A stretch of 64,000 nt of DNA from Octopus vulgaris (GCA_951406725.2 OX597832.1:22444001-22508000); one strand, 5' to 3'. Numbered from the stretch's first letter, positions 43,122-57,250 are shown. Numbers and translations are program-made. The notes: generated by a model not told the origin, from the sequence alone.

Positions 43122-43650
43122 CATAGGCGTAGGAGTGGCGGTGTGGTACATAGGCGGAGGAGTGGCTGTGCGGTACATAGGCGGAGGAGTGGTTGTGTGG
43201 TACATAGGCGGAGGAGTGGTCGTGTGGTACATATGCGTAGGAGTGGTTGTGTGGTACATAGGCGGAGGAGTGGCTGTGTGGTAAGTAGCTTGCTTACCAG
43301 CCACATGGCTCCGGGTTCAGTCCCACTGCGTGGCACCATGAACAAGTGTCTTCTAGTATAGCCTCGGGCCGACCAAAGCCTTGTGAGTGGATTTGGTCGA
43401 CGGAAACTGAAAGAAGCCCGTAGTATATATGTATATATATATATATGTATGTGTGTATATGTTTGTGTGGCTGTGTTTGTCAACCCCCCCCCCCAACATC
43501 ACTTGACAACTGATGCTGGTGTGTTTACGTCCCCGTAACTTAGCGGTTCGGCAAAAGAGGCCGATAGAATAAGTACTAGGCTTACAAAGAATAAGTCCTG
43601 GGGTCGAATTGCTCGACTAAAGGCGGTGCTCCAGTATCGCCACATGTCAA
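43122..43650 (+). mobile_element. SINE family B with six tandem copies of its 27-bp 5' end
   Basis: (cataggcggaggagtggctgtgtggta)x6 at 43122-43283, then a normal body. Confidence 0.85.
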
Positions 43651-43970
43651 AAGAGTATTTCAACTGACTTCAGATTATTAACAGAAGGCAAAATGGATCA
43701 AAGTGAGGTTTTATATTTTAAGGTGAAATGCAAAGGAATGTAGGCCTATATCACCACACAAGATATTTTGCATGGTGCTCCATCGTGTCTATCACAAATA
43801 TATACTGTAACACGGCAATGAATTTCTGAAATTCACTTACTGGACTTCAGTTTCGTCATATTGAAAGCACATCATGTCGTAGCACATACAAGCCATGCTA
43901 CATACAGTTTTTCATATTCTTTCTTCACTGGATCAGACGAGAACTTGATCAACGACGGCAGAATGCGTAA

Positions 43971-44363
43971 TCTCTCTCTATATAAAGCTGAAATTGTCTG
44001 CGTATGGCAGGTTTGGTAGCCTTCAACTAACACTCTCTCCTCCGAGACCCTGCGGCGCAAGTTGACCAAAATTGAGAGTATGATAGAAGAATGCTTGCTC
44101 TTGCTTCCGTGGAAGAAAAAAAATCAAATCGGACCATGTTAACACCAAAAATTATTTACATCAAAAAGATCCTTTTTTTCTATGAAAATCCCGATTTTTT
44201 TACGATTTTTTAACTGCTGTGTCGCCATTTTTCGGTGTATTTCAACCATAAAATGTTCACTTAAAGAGAATAATAAGCAACATAATGCAAATTTTTTACT
44301 TTTCAAAAGTTCCTATTCTAAAGGGTCGAAACAAACCCGAGCAACGCCGGGCGATACTGCTAG
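43971..44363 (+). mobile_element. Non-autonomous Helitron
   Basis: A|TC start, 3' CCCGAGCAACGCCGGG hairpin then CTAG|T, no TSD; the 3' ~30 nt are identical to the 1780/2291 elements. Confidence 0.8.
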
Positions 44364-44559
44364 TTCTTTATAAGATTGAAGTGGAAAACGTTTCAAGGAA
44401 TCTGAATACAAAAATCAGTAACAACCATTAGTTAATAAACCTTTATCCAAATACGGTCATACAGAATATCATATTGCCGCAATGATTCAGTTTATTGATT
44501 TGTACAACTGAGTTTACGTTTACAGTTTAATTTTGTTCTTTTAGGTTGTCAAATTGAAG

Positions 44560-46110
44560 ATAGAAAAAGAAAAAAAAAAACGCATACTCGAGTGTAGTTC
44601 AAAATGGAACGGATCAAAGCGGCAACAGCACGCAGCATCGACCAAGCATTTGATCGGAGGATTGTTCACGTACAAGTAGCGCAACATTTGTTTCTGGAAG
44701 TTTGTAGCTGACTCGAGATCCTTGAAGATGAAAAAGGTTGCAGACGATTTAATGCTGTTGACGACCTATTGAGATTTATTTGAAAGAGACCCACGGAAAA
44801 CAAGTTGGGAGGTTACAGAATAATTCAGCGTTGCCCATTCAACAATTGTTTGATGTTTGCATGAAATTGAGAAGGAGAAAAATATCCAGCAAATGGTTTT
44901 TGTATGATCTGAACAAAAAGTAAAAAAAGGTTATTGTCACTATGTCAATTTCGAGTTGTGGAGGCACATGGCCTAGTGGTTAGAGCAGCGGACTCACGGT
45001 CGAGGAATCGCGGGTTCGAATCTCAGACCGGGTGATGTGTGTGTTTATGAGCGAAACACCTAAGCTCCATGCGGCTCCGGCAGAAGGTAATGGCGAAACT
45101 TCTGCTGACTCTTTCGCCACAACTTTCCCTCACTCTTTCCTCCTGCATCTTGCACCTCACCTGCGACGGACCGGCGTCCCGTCCAGGTGGGGAGCCTATA
45201 TGCCAAGGAAACCAGGAAACCAGCCCTTATGAGCCAGGCGTGGCTCGAGAAGGAACCAACAACAAAAAATTCCGAGTTGCTTTTGGGCAACAAAATGATC
45301 TTTTTGTTAACCCTTTGCGTATCCAAAGCATTTGTATAAGCTTATCCTAAACGTCCATGCTTGTTTTCAGATGTTTAGTTAACCCTTGTTTCATACATCC
45401 TGAAAAATATATATATATATATGAAAAAATTATTTTCATAAGTACCAAGTTACTCGGGTGATTGGAAGCAGTTGGGAATATGCACCACATATAATGCATG
45501 GACATCAAAGAAATGTCTCGGATGTTATATATGATACACAGGATAGGTGAAAATATGTCTTGTGTATCACTTTTATGATACTCAGAACAGACAAAGTATT
45601 AATCCCATCATTATATTTAAATAACGTAATGAGATGTTAGATTAAGACAGTGTTTTGCGAAGTGGCTGGGCCGAGGTGAAGCACCAAAACACTCCGCGAA
45701 AATCAAGGTTATACGAAAAGAAGGTCATGTTCACACTGTGGTCGTTGTCAAAGTGGAATAATTCAAAACTAATTCTTAAATCGTGGCAAAAACAATTGCA
45801 ACAGAGAAGTATTGTCTGAAAATCAACAAAATGCACCAAGAACTACAATGTTCACTAACAGAATTGGTCAAAAGAAAACGACTTATTATTCTCTAAGAAA
45901 GTGCCTGACCACATTTAATTCAAGTAATTCTGTTGTCATTGAATAAAGAGAATTATGAAACTCTACACCCAATCAGCTTAGTACCCAGATCCCTCTCCAA
46001 CTCACTACTACTTTTTCAAGCGTCTCAATAACATCTGATAAAAAGTCTGCAATAATCAAACAATACTTCAGACGCTTTCGATGAATTCATCAGTTCCAGG
46101 AAGCCAGACT
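44560..46110 (+). mobile_element. Highly decayed mariner-like relic interrupted by a SINE
   Basis: Weak similarity to mariner N-terminal (KAATARSIDQAF, LEDE) and C-terminal segments; no open frame. Confidence 0.35.
44958..45264 (+). mobile_element. tRNA-derived SINE family C
   Basis: Near-identical to 14546-14856. Confidence 0.8.
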
Positions 46111-46589
46111 CTAATGGAATAGAATTTCTTATTTTGCAGCAAAAGTCTGTTGCTTATAAAAGTTATTGCTTCGATTAATGAAGGCAGCGAGTTGGCAGAG
46201 TCGTTAGCACGCCGGGTGAAATGCGTAGCCGTATGTCCCCTCTATGTTAAGCACCTTGTGGGCAATAAAGAAATAAGAAACGTTAATACGAGGTGGTATC
46301 AAAATACGAGACGGTATCAAAACGGTTCAGGACTAATTATGTTTCATAAAAGTAACTTATTTAACTCTGCTCTAACTTAAATAGTCCGAGAACATTTTGA
46401 TACCACCTCCTATTTAACGGCAATTCTTCCGGTTGTTTTTACATTGATCTCAAGTTCGGCTGAGGTCGATCTTGCCTATTATTCTTCCGGGTTCAATAAA
46501 ATAGGAACCAGTCGAGCAGTGGGGTGGATGGAACTGACTATCTCCCTTCCCTTAAACTGATGGCCTTATGCCAAAATTTGAAACCCTTA

Positions 46590-47152
46590 TAGGCGGCGAG
46601 CTGGCAGAAACGTTAGCACGCCGGGTGAAATGCTTAGCGGTATTTCGTCTGCCGCTACGTTCTGAGTTCAAATTCCGCCGCGGTCGACTTTGTCTTTCAT
46701 CCTTTCGGGGTCGATAAATTAAGTACCAGTTACGCACTGGGGTCGATATAATCGACTTAATCCGTTTGTCTGTCCTTGTTCGTCCCCTCTGTGTTTAGCT
46801 CCTTGTGGGTAGCAAAGCAATAGGTATTTCGAGTTCAAATTTCGCCGAGGTCGACTTTGCCTTTCATCCTTTCGGGGTCGATAAATTAAGTACCAGTTAC
46901 GCACTGGGGTCGATATAATCGACTTAATCCGTTTGTCTGTCCTTGTTCGTCCCCTCTGTGTTTAGCTCCTTGTGGGTAGCAAAGCAATAGGTATTTCGAG
47001 TTCAAATTTCGCCGAGGTCGACTTTGCCTTTCATCCTTTCGGGGTCGATAAATTAAGTACCAGTTACGCACTGGGGTCGATGTAATCGACTTAATCCCTT
47101 TGTCTGTCCTTGTTTGTCCCCTCTATGTTTAGCCCCTTGTGGGCAATAAAGA
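46590..47152 (+). mobile_element. SINE family A trimer with 167-bp variant units
   Basis: Period 167; junction aaagcaataggtatttc|gagttcaaatt. Confidence 0.85.
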
Positions 47153-48352
47153 AAAAAAAGAAATGTTACCACGTCAGACAAAATGATTAGCAAAATTCTG
47201 CCTGGCTCTTTACGTTCTTAGTTCAAATGTCATCGAGATCGATTTTGCTTTTCATCCTTTTGAGATCAATAAAATAAGTACCAGTTGAGCACTGGGGTCG
47301 ATGTAATTAACTAGCCCTCTCCCCTCAAAGGCGTTGTCCTTGTACCAAAAAATTAGAAATAATAATTTCCATTAACAAAATGTATTCTAGCCTGTGGAAT
47401 ATTACTTTACTGTTGATAGTAAAAACCTACAACTAATTAGCGCCAATTAAATATTTAACAACTTTTCTGAGTAAATATGTTCTCATTATGATATAATTAG
47501 GATAGTAAATGAATGTTATATTCAATTAATTCAATTTTGATCATTATTTAATTATGGCACTTTGGTCAAAATAAAGCAGCTGTTTTAATATCGATGTAGC
47601 ATAATTAAGATTTGAATGCGAACTAACTCCATGCACAAAAATATATTTTGATCGAGATACCTTTGGGTGAAATAAGGATAGGTCGACAACCCCATTTATT
47701 ATTTTAAGCAATGAATGCTATTTTATGCCAAACAGACTCATATTTTTTGTCCCCTTCCTTCATCCCCTTTTTTTATTTTGTGTTGGTTTCTCAAAATTTA
47801 TATCCAATGCTAAATTAGTGTATTCTTCAGTTATTTCCATAACGAATTTTTCCTTGGGCATGTTTTGTTTTTATTATCAAAATTCCTATTCCAGATCATG
47901 GAGTCGTCGTAAACATCTTATTTCTTTACAAAAAAAAAAAAAAAAAAAAATTTTGCCGGATTTCCAATAAATCAACCTCAGCAGTTACCAACAGCATCGT
48001 TTTCTTTCTCATTAAAATCTTGTTTGTTATTCAAAAAAATATCGTGGTAATTTACCATATTGAAGAATCGACTATTGTCTGTCATTGAACGACAAATTAT
48101 CTTTCAAATAAAGAGGGGTCTTTTTTTTCAATCATTTATTATTTGCTGAATGTAATTACGTAACCAGTACCAAGAAGAAAAACAAATCAGAAACTACATG
48201 CTGGGCGATTAAAAATATATCAACGTAATTTAAACTATTCCTGAATAGAATAGAATATAATCTGTCGTAAGCAGAACTAATAATGCTGGCATTGTTGTGT
48301 AGCTCCAGGCCTGCCTTGATTGAGTACAGCTATGATCAAAAGCATTCAGCAT

Positions 48353-48826
48353 GAGGCGGCGAGCTGGCAGAAACGTTAGATCGCCAGGCGAAATACTTTG
48401 CGGTATTTCGTCTGCCGCTATGTTCTGAGTTCAAATTCCGCCGAGGTCGACTTTGCCTTTCATCCTTTTGGGGTCGATAAATTAAGTACCAGTTTCGCAC
48501 TGGGTCGATGTAATCGACTTAATCCCTTTGTCTGTCCTTGTTTGTACCCTCTATGTTTAGCTCCTTGTGGGTAGTAAAGAAATATATATCTTTAAGGCGG
48601 CGAGCTGGCAGAAACATTAGCACGAAGGGCGAAATGCTTAGCGGTATTTCGTCTGCCGCTACGTTCTGAGTTCAAATTCCACCGAGGTCGACTTTGCCTT
48701 TCATCCTTTTGGGGTCGATAAATTAAGTACCAGTTACGCACTGGATTCGATATAATCGACTTAATCCGTTTGTCTGTCCTTGTTTGTCCTCTCTGTGTTT
48801 AGCTCCTTGTGGGCAATGAAGAAATA
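48353..48826 (+). mobile_element. Two adjacent complete SINE family A monomers
   Basis: Heads aggcggcgagctggcag at about 48354 and 48595. Confidence 0.85.
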
Positions 48827-48937
48827 ATCAAAATCATTCAGCACGACCAACACACCTTTCTTCTTCCTTTTTGCCGAAAAGGAAGATTCACGTTGGGTAA
48901 TTTTTCTTCTCGTTCTCAAGAGGGTAGTATGTGAGCA

Positions 48938-49320
48938 GTGGAGGCGCAATGGCCCAGTGGCTAGGGCAGCGGACTCGCGGTCATAGGATCGCGGTTTCGA
49001 TTCCCAGACCGGGCGTTGTGAGTGTTTATTGAGCGAAAACACCTAAAAGCTCCACGAGGCTCCGGCAGGGGATGGTGGTGATCCCTGCTGTACTCTTTCA
49101 CAACAACTTTCTCACTCTTACTTCCTGTTTCTGTTGTACCTGTATTTCAAAGGGCCGGCCTTGTCACTCTCTGTGTCACGCTGAATATCCCCGAGAACTA
49201 CGTTAAGGGTACACGTGTCTGTGGAGTGCTCAGCCACTTACACGTTAATTTCACGAGCAGGCTGTTCCGTTGATTCGGATCAACCGGAACCCTCGTCGTC
49301 GTAACCGACGGAGTGCTTCC
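48938..49320 (+). mobile_element. tRNA-derived SINE (family C head, different 3' tail)
   Basis: gtggaggcgcaatggcccagtggctagggcagcggactcgcggtcataggatcgcggtttcgattccc...ccgacggagtgc; related partial copy at 52423-52632 (-). Confidence 0.75.
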
Positions 49321-50689
49321 AGTATGTGAGCGCTCACATAGAGATTAACTCTTATTAATGAGTGCTTGTTTAGTATCATCCAGGACTGGCGTCGGATGGG
49401 ATGCCACACCGACAGAGGACCAATGATGTAGAACACAAGAAAGGCCACCGATTAATGCACAACTTAGTAAGAACTACATCAGTCCGATTACAGCAGCGAA
49501 TGTTTGAAAGGACGTCACCAGGTGGTGTGAGCAAGGAGAGGAGTTAATGGTAAGAATGAACAAAGCAAAAGCAGAAACGTGACGTTTGTTAGTTTATGAG
49601 GAAACCAATATCGTTTCGAGGGAAGAGCTTCATATGAAAGAAGCTTATCTGATTAAAATGCTTTTCTTTTTCACTTCTGTTAATCCCGGTACGCCGTTGC
49701 TTTTACCTTTAAGAAATTCTAGCCAGGTTTTCTCAAATCCCGCTGTACTTGTGTTAAGATAAAGAAGAGCAAAGTAGTCCTAGATATAAAAAAAAATGGG
49801 ATGGTTCCGGTCGAGAGGATTTATAAGTAGTTCTACAGGAAGAGCGTTGACCTACCCAGCTTTTGTACTGCGGTGTTTGTTAGCTTGTATATCCAGCCTA
49901 TTCTATTCAATCTGTGTAAGATTCACACCTCAAACTGCTTACATTTTAAAATTTGTCCATGTCCTGTTTTTTAAGATGTTAGCGTATTTTGTTTTGTAAT
50001 TTTGAGAAAAACTTATCAAGATGAACGACCGCATGAGAAGACTGTTCTTTATCTTATATTGTTGACTCAATTTCTCTCTCAATTTCTTTTTCAAATATGT
50101 TTTGTACAGTACTTAAAAATTCCATTTCCGAGTATCATTTTTCACGAGGTTCTTTAAAAATACATAAAAATATCAAATAGCATTTAAAAAACTGAAATGA
50201 AATTAAGAAAATCTAGTTTATTCTTTGTTATTAAGACATAAATCAATATTTGACTTCATCAATTTTGCAATGACATCACGGATATTACGAATAATAGAGC
50301 TGAAAATGCATCAGGTTTCGAGGAAGCGCTATGTTTTCACAATACTACAGATCGCCATGAGGCGGATATATTTGAAAGAGATATATAATGCATCAGTACA
50401 TTCGAACGAAAGGAATATTGGTAAAATATTTCAAAGAAATACTTTCTTCAAAAGCAATCTCAAGAGACCTGTTATATTTACATCTCGGAAACGAGTGCGT
50501 TTTGCTAGAAAAGGCAACCAAATCTCCTTCGAATGCAGTTACTCTCCTGTCTTCAAAGTAGGACAGATATATTGGGTAATATAGCCCTTAATAACACAAT
50601 GTAGGAAAGAAGTGATAGATGATCCCAGAAGGAATGTTTTTGATCAAAATCCTGCCCAGTCAAACTGATCTAGGAAAAGCAAAACATAT

Positions 50690-50905
50690 GTATCTACCTA
50701 CCTACCTACCTACCTACCTACCTACCTACATACCTACATACCTACCTACCTACCTACCTACCTACCTACCGACCTACCTACCTACCTACCTACCTACCTA
50801 CCTACCTACCTACCTACCTACCTACCTACCTATCTACCTACCTACCTACCTACCTATCTACCTACCTACCTATCTACCTACATACCTACCTATCTACCTA
50901 CCTAC
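50690..50905. repeat. (CCTA)n microsatellite
   Basis: Direct inspection. Confidence 0.95.
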
Positions 50906-51128
50906 ATGATAACAGCACGCATACATACACACGTTTATACGCGCACACACATATATACCAGTACATGTAGCGCATACCACTCCACATAATGTGCGCACTG
51001 TATCACTTACACACATACACACCTACAGGTCCACCAAGCCAGAATATAACAATATCTGTTTCAACACACGATTTGACATTACGAATCTTATAAAACAAAT
51101 ACATAAAGGGTTTTATTCTTTGAAACTC

Positions 51129-51515
<387 letters not shown>

Positions 51516-51538
51516 ATGTGTATGTGTGTGTGTATGAG

Positions 51539-51598
<60 letters not shown>

Positions 51599-51713
51599 CA
51601 CATACACAACGCTGCTTGACATCAATTTTATACTGTCGAGAATTAAAACCGCAACAACAGCCAACTAATCAAAGTTACAAACTAACACACACGCACACGC
51701 ACACTCACACACA

Positions 51714-51783
<70 letters not shown>

Positions 51784-53071
51784 TACTTTTTTTCCAGACT
51801 GCAACCATGTAAAGTTAGTAAAACCAATCAACCTTTGATACTTTATGATTTATGATGGAGGTTTCTGCCAAATTTAAGTTGAGAAATTAACGTTGAAAAT
51901 CAATGATTTTTTTTTTATTCCCTCGATATGATTTGCAACGAAATAGACTTTCTTTTTGATTTCATTAAACATTTTCTTTTATTCTTTACCGTTAGTCTAA
52001 AAATACGTTTGAAAACGTAAATAAGATTAGCGCCGAAGAAAGATAAGCGATTACAAGATATCTTTCTAAAATAAGAAAATGAAAGAAAAGATATAAGAGA
52101 GATTTTGTTGAATTTATTGGTAAAATATAATCATCAGTTCTCAAATATGATTTGTGTTATTTAAGAATAGTCACGGTGGCTCTGTTGCTGCTGTCTTGAT
52201 TGCTGTTTTTGGAGTTGTTGCCAGAAGTGGATTGGCAGACTTCAGTCTGTTAGTTTGTCTGCTGCTCTTGCTGTTCTTGTTGTTGTAGTTGTTGTTGTTG
52301 TTGTTGTTGTTGAGCGAACGGTCTTCGTCCCAGAGCTCGCAAGATGGGAGAAGTCCGAAACGTGGTCCTTTGCTATTCGTAAGACCCGCAGAAGAGAAAA
52401 CAGGTCGACCCCCCCTCCGACACCGAGAGCATCGACGGATGGCTGAATGCGTATCCAGTCTCAGCGGTTGCGTAGGAAATCGATGACAACAAACAGGAAG
52501 AAAGAGAGAAAGTTGGGGCGAAAGAGTACAACTGGGGTCGCCACCACCCCCTACCGGAGCATCGTGGAGCTTTAGGTATTTTCGCTCAATGGAATCGAAA
52601 CCGCGAGTCCGCTGCCTTAACCACTGGGCCATTTACCCTCCACTGTTGCTGTTGCTGTTGTTGTTAAGCAAGAAGACGGGAAAGGGTGATTTCACTGCGT
52701 CCGTTCTGTGGGTTGGGAGACGTCTGGCATGTCGGGAGCGGAAGTCCACTTTTCCCCAGATCCGAAGGACAAGGAGAGATCACTGGCCGGAGCGTCTAGT
52801 GGTGGGGGCTTGGCATTTGCGGCGGGCGATGGATCGGTGGACAGTCGTAGACGACATCCTCCGCCGTCTCCTCCCCCACTCCGCACTTTCTGCACGTTCT
52901 GTCTATGGCTCGGTCGATCTTGTAGAGCCAGTACTTGAGGTCCGGGTTGATGACCACTTCTAAGTCCGCTGAGTGTCACCTGCTGCTCCCTGGTTAGAGA
53001 CGAACCAGCGGCTCTGCTCACTTTCTCTCCTTTATGATCGCTTTCAAGATCGCCCGAACTTGAAGACTGAC

Positions 53072-53440
53072 TTACTCTTACTCTTTTACTCTTTTACTTG
53101 TTTCAGTCATTTGACTGCGGCCATGCTGGAGCACCGCCTTTAGTCGAGCAAATCGACCCCGGGACTTATTCTTTGTAAGCCCAGTACTTATTCTATCGGT
53201 CTCTTTTGCCGAACCGCTAAGTTACGGGTTGGCAAGCAATGCTAGGGGGACAAACACAGACACACAAACACACACACACACATATGACAGGCTTCTTTCA
53301 GTTTCCGTCTACCAAATCCACTCACAATGCATTGGTCGGCCCGGGGCCATAGCAGAAGACACTTGCCCAAGATGCCACGCAGTGGGACTGAACCCGGAAC
53401 CATGTGGTTGGTTAGCAAGCTACTTAGCACACAGCCACTG
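53072..53440 (-). mobile_element. SINE family B
   Basis: (CTTTTACT)n tail, body and head in reverse complement. Confidence 0.85.
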
Positions 53441-53597
53441 TTACAACTAGAGCCACACAACACCCGGGCTGGTAGGCTAATATCCTGCTGTCATTCTATC
53501 AACTTCCTCTAAGTTGATATGTCTATATTTAACTGTGTGTTTGCTTCTTGTATCATGCGATATTTTTCTCATTGTGTTCAATACACATATATTGTTG

Positions 53598-54008
53598 TTT
53601 CTTTATTGCCCACAAGGGGCTAAACATAGAGGGGACAAACAAGGACAGACAAACGGATTAAGTTGATTACATCGACCCCAGTGCGTAACTGGTACTTATT
53701 TAATCGATCTTGAAAGGATGAAAGGCAAAGTCGACCTCGGGGGAATTTGAACTCAGAACGTAGCTGCAGACGATATACCTATTTCTTTATTGCCCACAAG
53801 GGGCTAAACATAGAGGGGACAAACAAGGACAGACAAACGGATTAAGTTGATTACATCGACTCCAGTGAGTAACTGGTACTTATTTAATCGACCCCTAAAG
53901 AATGAAAGGCAAAGTCGACCTCGGCGGAATTTGAACTCAGAACGTAGCGGCAGACGAAATACCGCAAAGCATTTCGCCCAGTGTGCTAACGATTCTGCCA
54001 GCTCGCCA
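53598..54008 (-). mobile_element. SINE family A tandem dimer
   Basis: Two units joined at atacctatttc. Confidence 0.85.
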
Positions 54009-54552
54009 TCTTTTGCTATGCAGCAACCCCCAGGCGGAAATTACTTATTCTCTGTCAATCGTACGTCTTTTAACCATTATAAAAGCAGCTTTAATATAAT
54101 TTCTTTCCTCCTCCCTCAATGATTAGCAGCTGTTGATCTAATTTAAGCAACACCATCTATCCCTTGGGTGTTTATAGCAGAGTGCACTCTGTTGCATGCA
54201 TTCGGGTGAGTTCTCTGGTTCAAGAATTATTCCTTTTCTTCCTGACAGTCTCGGAAGCCCTGACAAAGTTTAAGGACAACCGTCGTCCATATCTCGCTCG
54301 TGAAAACACAGGTAATTGATAATTAATTAATGAGGTGAATGCAGGGCACCGAAGCTAATGTATAATTCCATGGATTGTAATTACACACATACACACACAA
54401 ACACACACAAACACACACACATACATATATAAATCTGTTCGGACGCACTGAACTTCAACTGGATTTTATTTGTATATCGTTGAAACAATGGTTAACATGA
54501 CGCCGAGACACGACATGTTTAACCATGGCAATGTTTTGCGTGATTGTTATTC

Positions 54553-54554
<2 letters not shown>

Positions 54555-54603
<49 letters not shown>

Positions 54604-55000
54604 ATAAGGTGATAGATAGATAGGTACATAGATAGATAGAGAGAGAGAGAGAGACAGAGAGAAAGAGCGAGAGAGTGAGAGTGATAAATAGATAGATAGA
54701 TATTTAGATAGATAGATAGATAGAGATATAGATAGATAGAAAGAGAGAGAGAGAGAGAGAGAGAGGGATAACTAGATAGATAGCTACATAAATAGATAGA
54801 GAGAGAGAGAGAAAAAGAGAGAGAGAGAGTGATAAGTAGATAGATAGGTATATAGACAGATAGAGAGGGAGAGAGAGAGAGAAAGAGAGAGAGAGAGCGA
54901 TAAGTAGATATATAGATAGGTACATAGAAAGATAGATAGATAGATAGAGAGAGAGAGCAAGAGAGAGAGAAAGAGAGAAAGAAAGAGAGAGAGTGATAAG

Positions 55001-55063
<63 letters not shown>
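54555..55063. repeat. (GA)n/(GATA)n compound repeat
   Basis: Direct inspection. Confidence 0.95.
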
Positions 55064-55064
<1 letters not shown>

Positions 55065-55587
55065 ATATAATTGTCTTACTCTGCAAGTCTGCATTAGCTT
55101 TGTCTTTCTGTTCAACATTTGCGTGGGGTGGATTATGATATGATATTTCTCATTTAAATTTAAACTGCAATGTCTCAAGGTATTATTGAATGGCGTGGCT
55201 ATGTCCGAGACAGATGATAGAATATCGGTTGACTGCACCAATTATTCTTTTTGAAAAGTTTGCTTTGATGATGTAGTAATTTATTCACCATGACGTTGAT
55301 TGATAGTTCTGATATAAAAGCAGTTTTTGAACGAGCCTTCTGTTAAGCCGATGTAAAATACATATTGTATTCATATACGTTTTATACAATGGCCAATGCA
55401 TTGCAATTTATATCTGATTGAAATTCAAGAAAGACTACCACAATCACCTGCACCAGCATCACCAGCATCATCAGTAACATCATCACCTACAGCAGGTACT
55501 AATTCTAAATAGCTTCTATGTTATGTTTCATTTATATTTAGTAATCCTAAGTAATTTTTTAGTTTGGTCGGTGTTATTAAAATGCTT

Positions 55588-56037
55588 GGATCTTTTCGGT
55601 GTGAACGGCAGTTTTTTTCTAGCGGTGTCATATGAAATTGTCACCCATTATTATGACCCTAGCATCGATCTATTGCATTTCAATCTGTTTTAGGGTTAGG
55701 GTTAGTTAGGGTTAGTTAGGGTGAGTTATGGTTAGGGTTAGGGTTGGGGTGAAGGGTATCTTTTTTTCTTCAGAAATATAAATAAATCTGTTTCTTAAAC
55801 GAGGGACATATTCATACGGCAGAGAATGTTTTTTTTACCTCAATAGACGTCAGTGATTGGTTGAAATTGCAGAAATTGAAGAAAACAACAACAAATATCT
55901 TACAAACTATAGAAGTTTCTCAATAAAACCAAGAGAAAAAGATGTTTTATAAACACATTCTACCAGTATACGAAGTTAAAAATTTTTTAGTTACCTAGAA
56001 ATTATGTTAAAAACTGCCGTTCAAACGGAAAAGATCC
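55588..56037. mobile_element. MITE with 8-bp TSD and internal telomere-like repeats (possibly Merlin-like)
   Basis: TIRs ggatcttttcggtgtgaacggcagtttt / aaaactgccgttcaaacggaaaagatcc; AAATGCTT duplicated at 55580-55587 and 56038-56045; TTAGGG/TTAG units at about 55690-55750. Confidence 0.8.
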
Positions 56038-56339
56038 AAATGCTTTACAGAAAATGAAAATTTCATTTTTTTTTTAAATAAGCAACAAACTTCAAAATCA
56101 GGCAATATAAAAAAATAAGATGCATAGAATAATGCAGGGACCATTTAGAGCAAGGGGGAAGCACTGGTGAGCATTTGGAGAGAAGCTCCGATAATTGGTG
56201 CGAAGAAGGGGCAGTAACATCCTCAGATTCTACGACGCGGTCGAATGCTTGAAATAAAATGCATTTAAGTAATTGCACCCTAGGTTTAGTTGAGGGCTTA
56301 AAGCAGGAAATGCATTAGATAAGAAAATATTTTACTTAC

Positions 56340-56463
56340 CCGACCAATGATTATTGGTGAAGCCAAAAAGAATGATAAAATCCAAATAAAGAGAATCGCT
56401 TTTTTGGCTCGACTCACAGTACAGACGTATTTAGCTTTTATAGGGTAAATGATTGCGTAATAC
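56340..56463 (-). CDS. Class A neuropeptide-type GPCR, internal exon (end of TM3, ICL2, TM4)
   Basis: Acceptor tttctctttcaag, then G|TAT TAC GCA... = (R)YYAIIYPIKAKYVCTVSRAKKAILFIWILSFFLASPIIIGR, donor GTAAGT. The phase-2 intron splits the Arg of the D/ERY motif; TM4 Trp and Pro are present. Confidence 0.93.
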
Positions 56464-56618
56464 CTTGAAAGAGAAACAAATGAAAGCATCATTTCACCAC
56501 GTATACTAAAGTATGAAATACTAATCACAAATATTTAGTGAAGTTTGAAGTAATAAAAACATTTTTAGTCAACTAAGAATTACTGTAAAAAGGAACGAAA
56601 AATCAATTATTATCATTA

Positions 56619-56872
56619 TTTACTTTTTTACTCTTTTACTTGTTTCTGTCATTTGACTGCGGTCATGCTGGAGCACCGCCTTTAGTCGAGCAAATCGACC
56701 CCAGGACTTATTCTTTGTAAGCCTAGAACTTGTTCTATTGGTCTCTTTTGCCGAACCGCTAATTTACGGGGACGTAAACACACCACCATCGGTTTTCAAG
56801 CGATGTTGGGAGGACAAACACAGACACAAAGATACACACATACATACATACATACATACATACATACATACA

Positions 56873-56904
<32 letters not shown>

Positions 56905-57250
56905 AATATATATATAGATATAGATATAGATATAGATATAGATAGATAGACAGATATACAAATATACGACGAGCTTCTTTCAGTTTCCGTTTACCAAATC
57001 CACTCACAAGGCTTTGGTCGGCTCGAGGCTATAATAGAAGGCACTCGCCCAAGTTACCACGTAGTGCGAATGAACCCAGAACCATGTGGTTGGTAAGTAA
57101 GTTACTTACCACACAACTACTTCTTTGTAAGCCTAGTACTTGTTCTATCGGTTTCTTTTGCCGAACCGCTAATTTACGGGGACGTAAACACACCATCATC
57201 GGTCGTCAAGCGATGTTGGGAGGACAAACACAGACACACAGACACAAATA
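56619..57250 (-). mobile_element. SINE family B plus a partially duplicated second copy
   Basis: Full copy at 56619-57120; the segment 57122-57250 repeats 56713-56830. Confidence 0.8.

Noticed and set aside
43122-43283. 27-bp repeats as a CRISPR array
   Set aside because: No unique spacers, eukaryotic context, and the unit is the SINE 5' end.
55690-55750. True telomere or chromosome fusion site
   Set aside because: Short, degenerate and enclosed within MITE TIRs.
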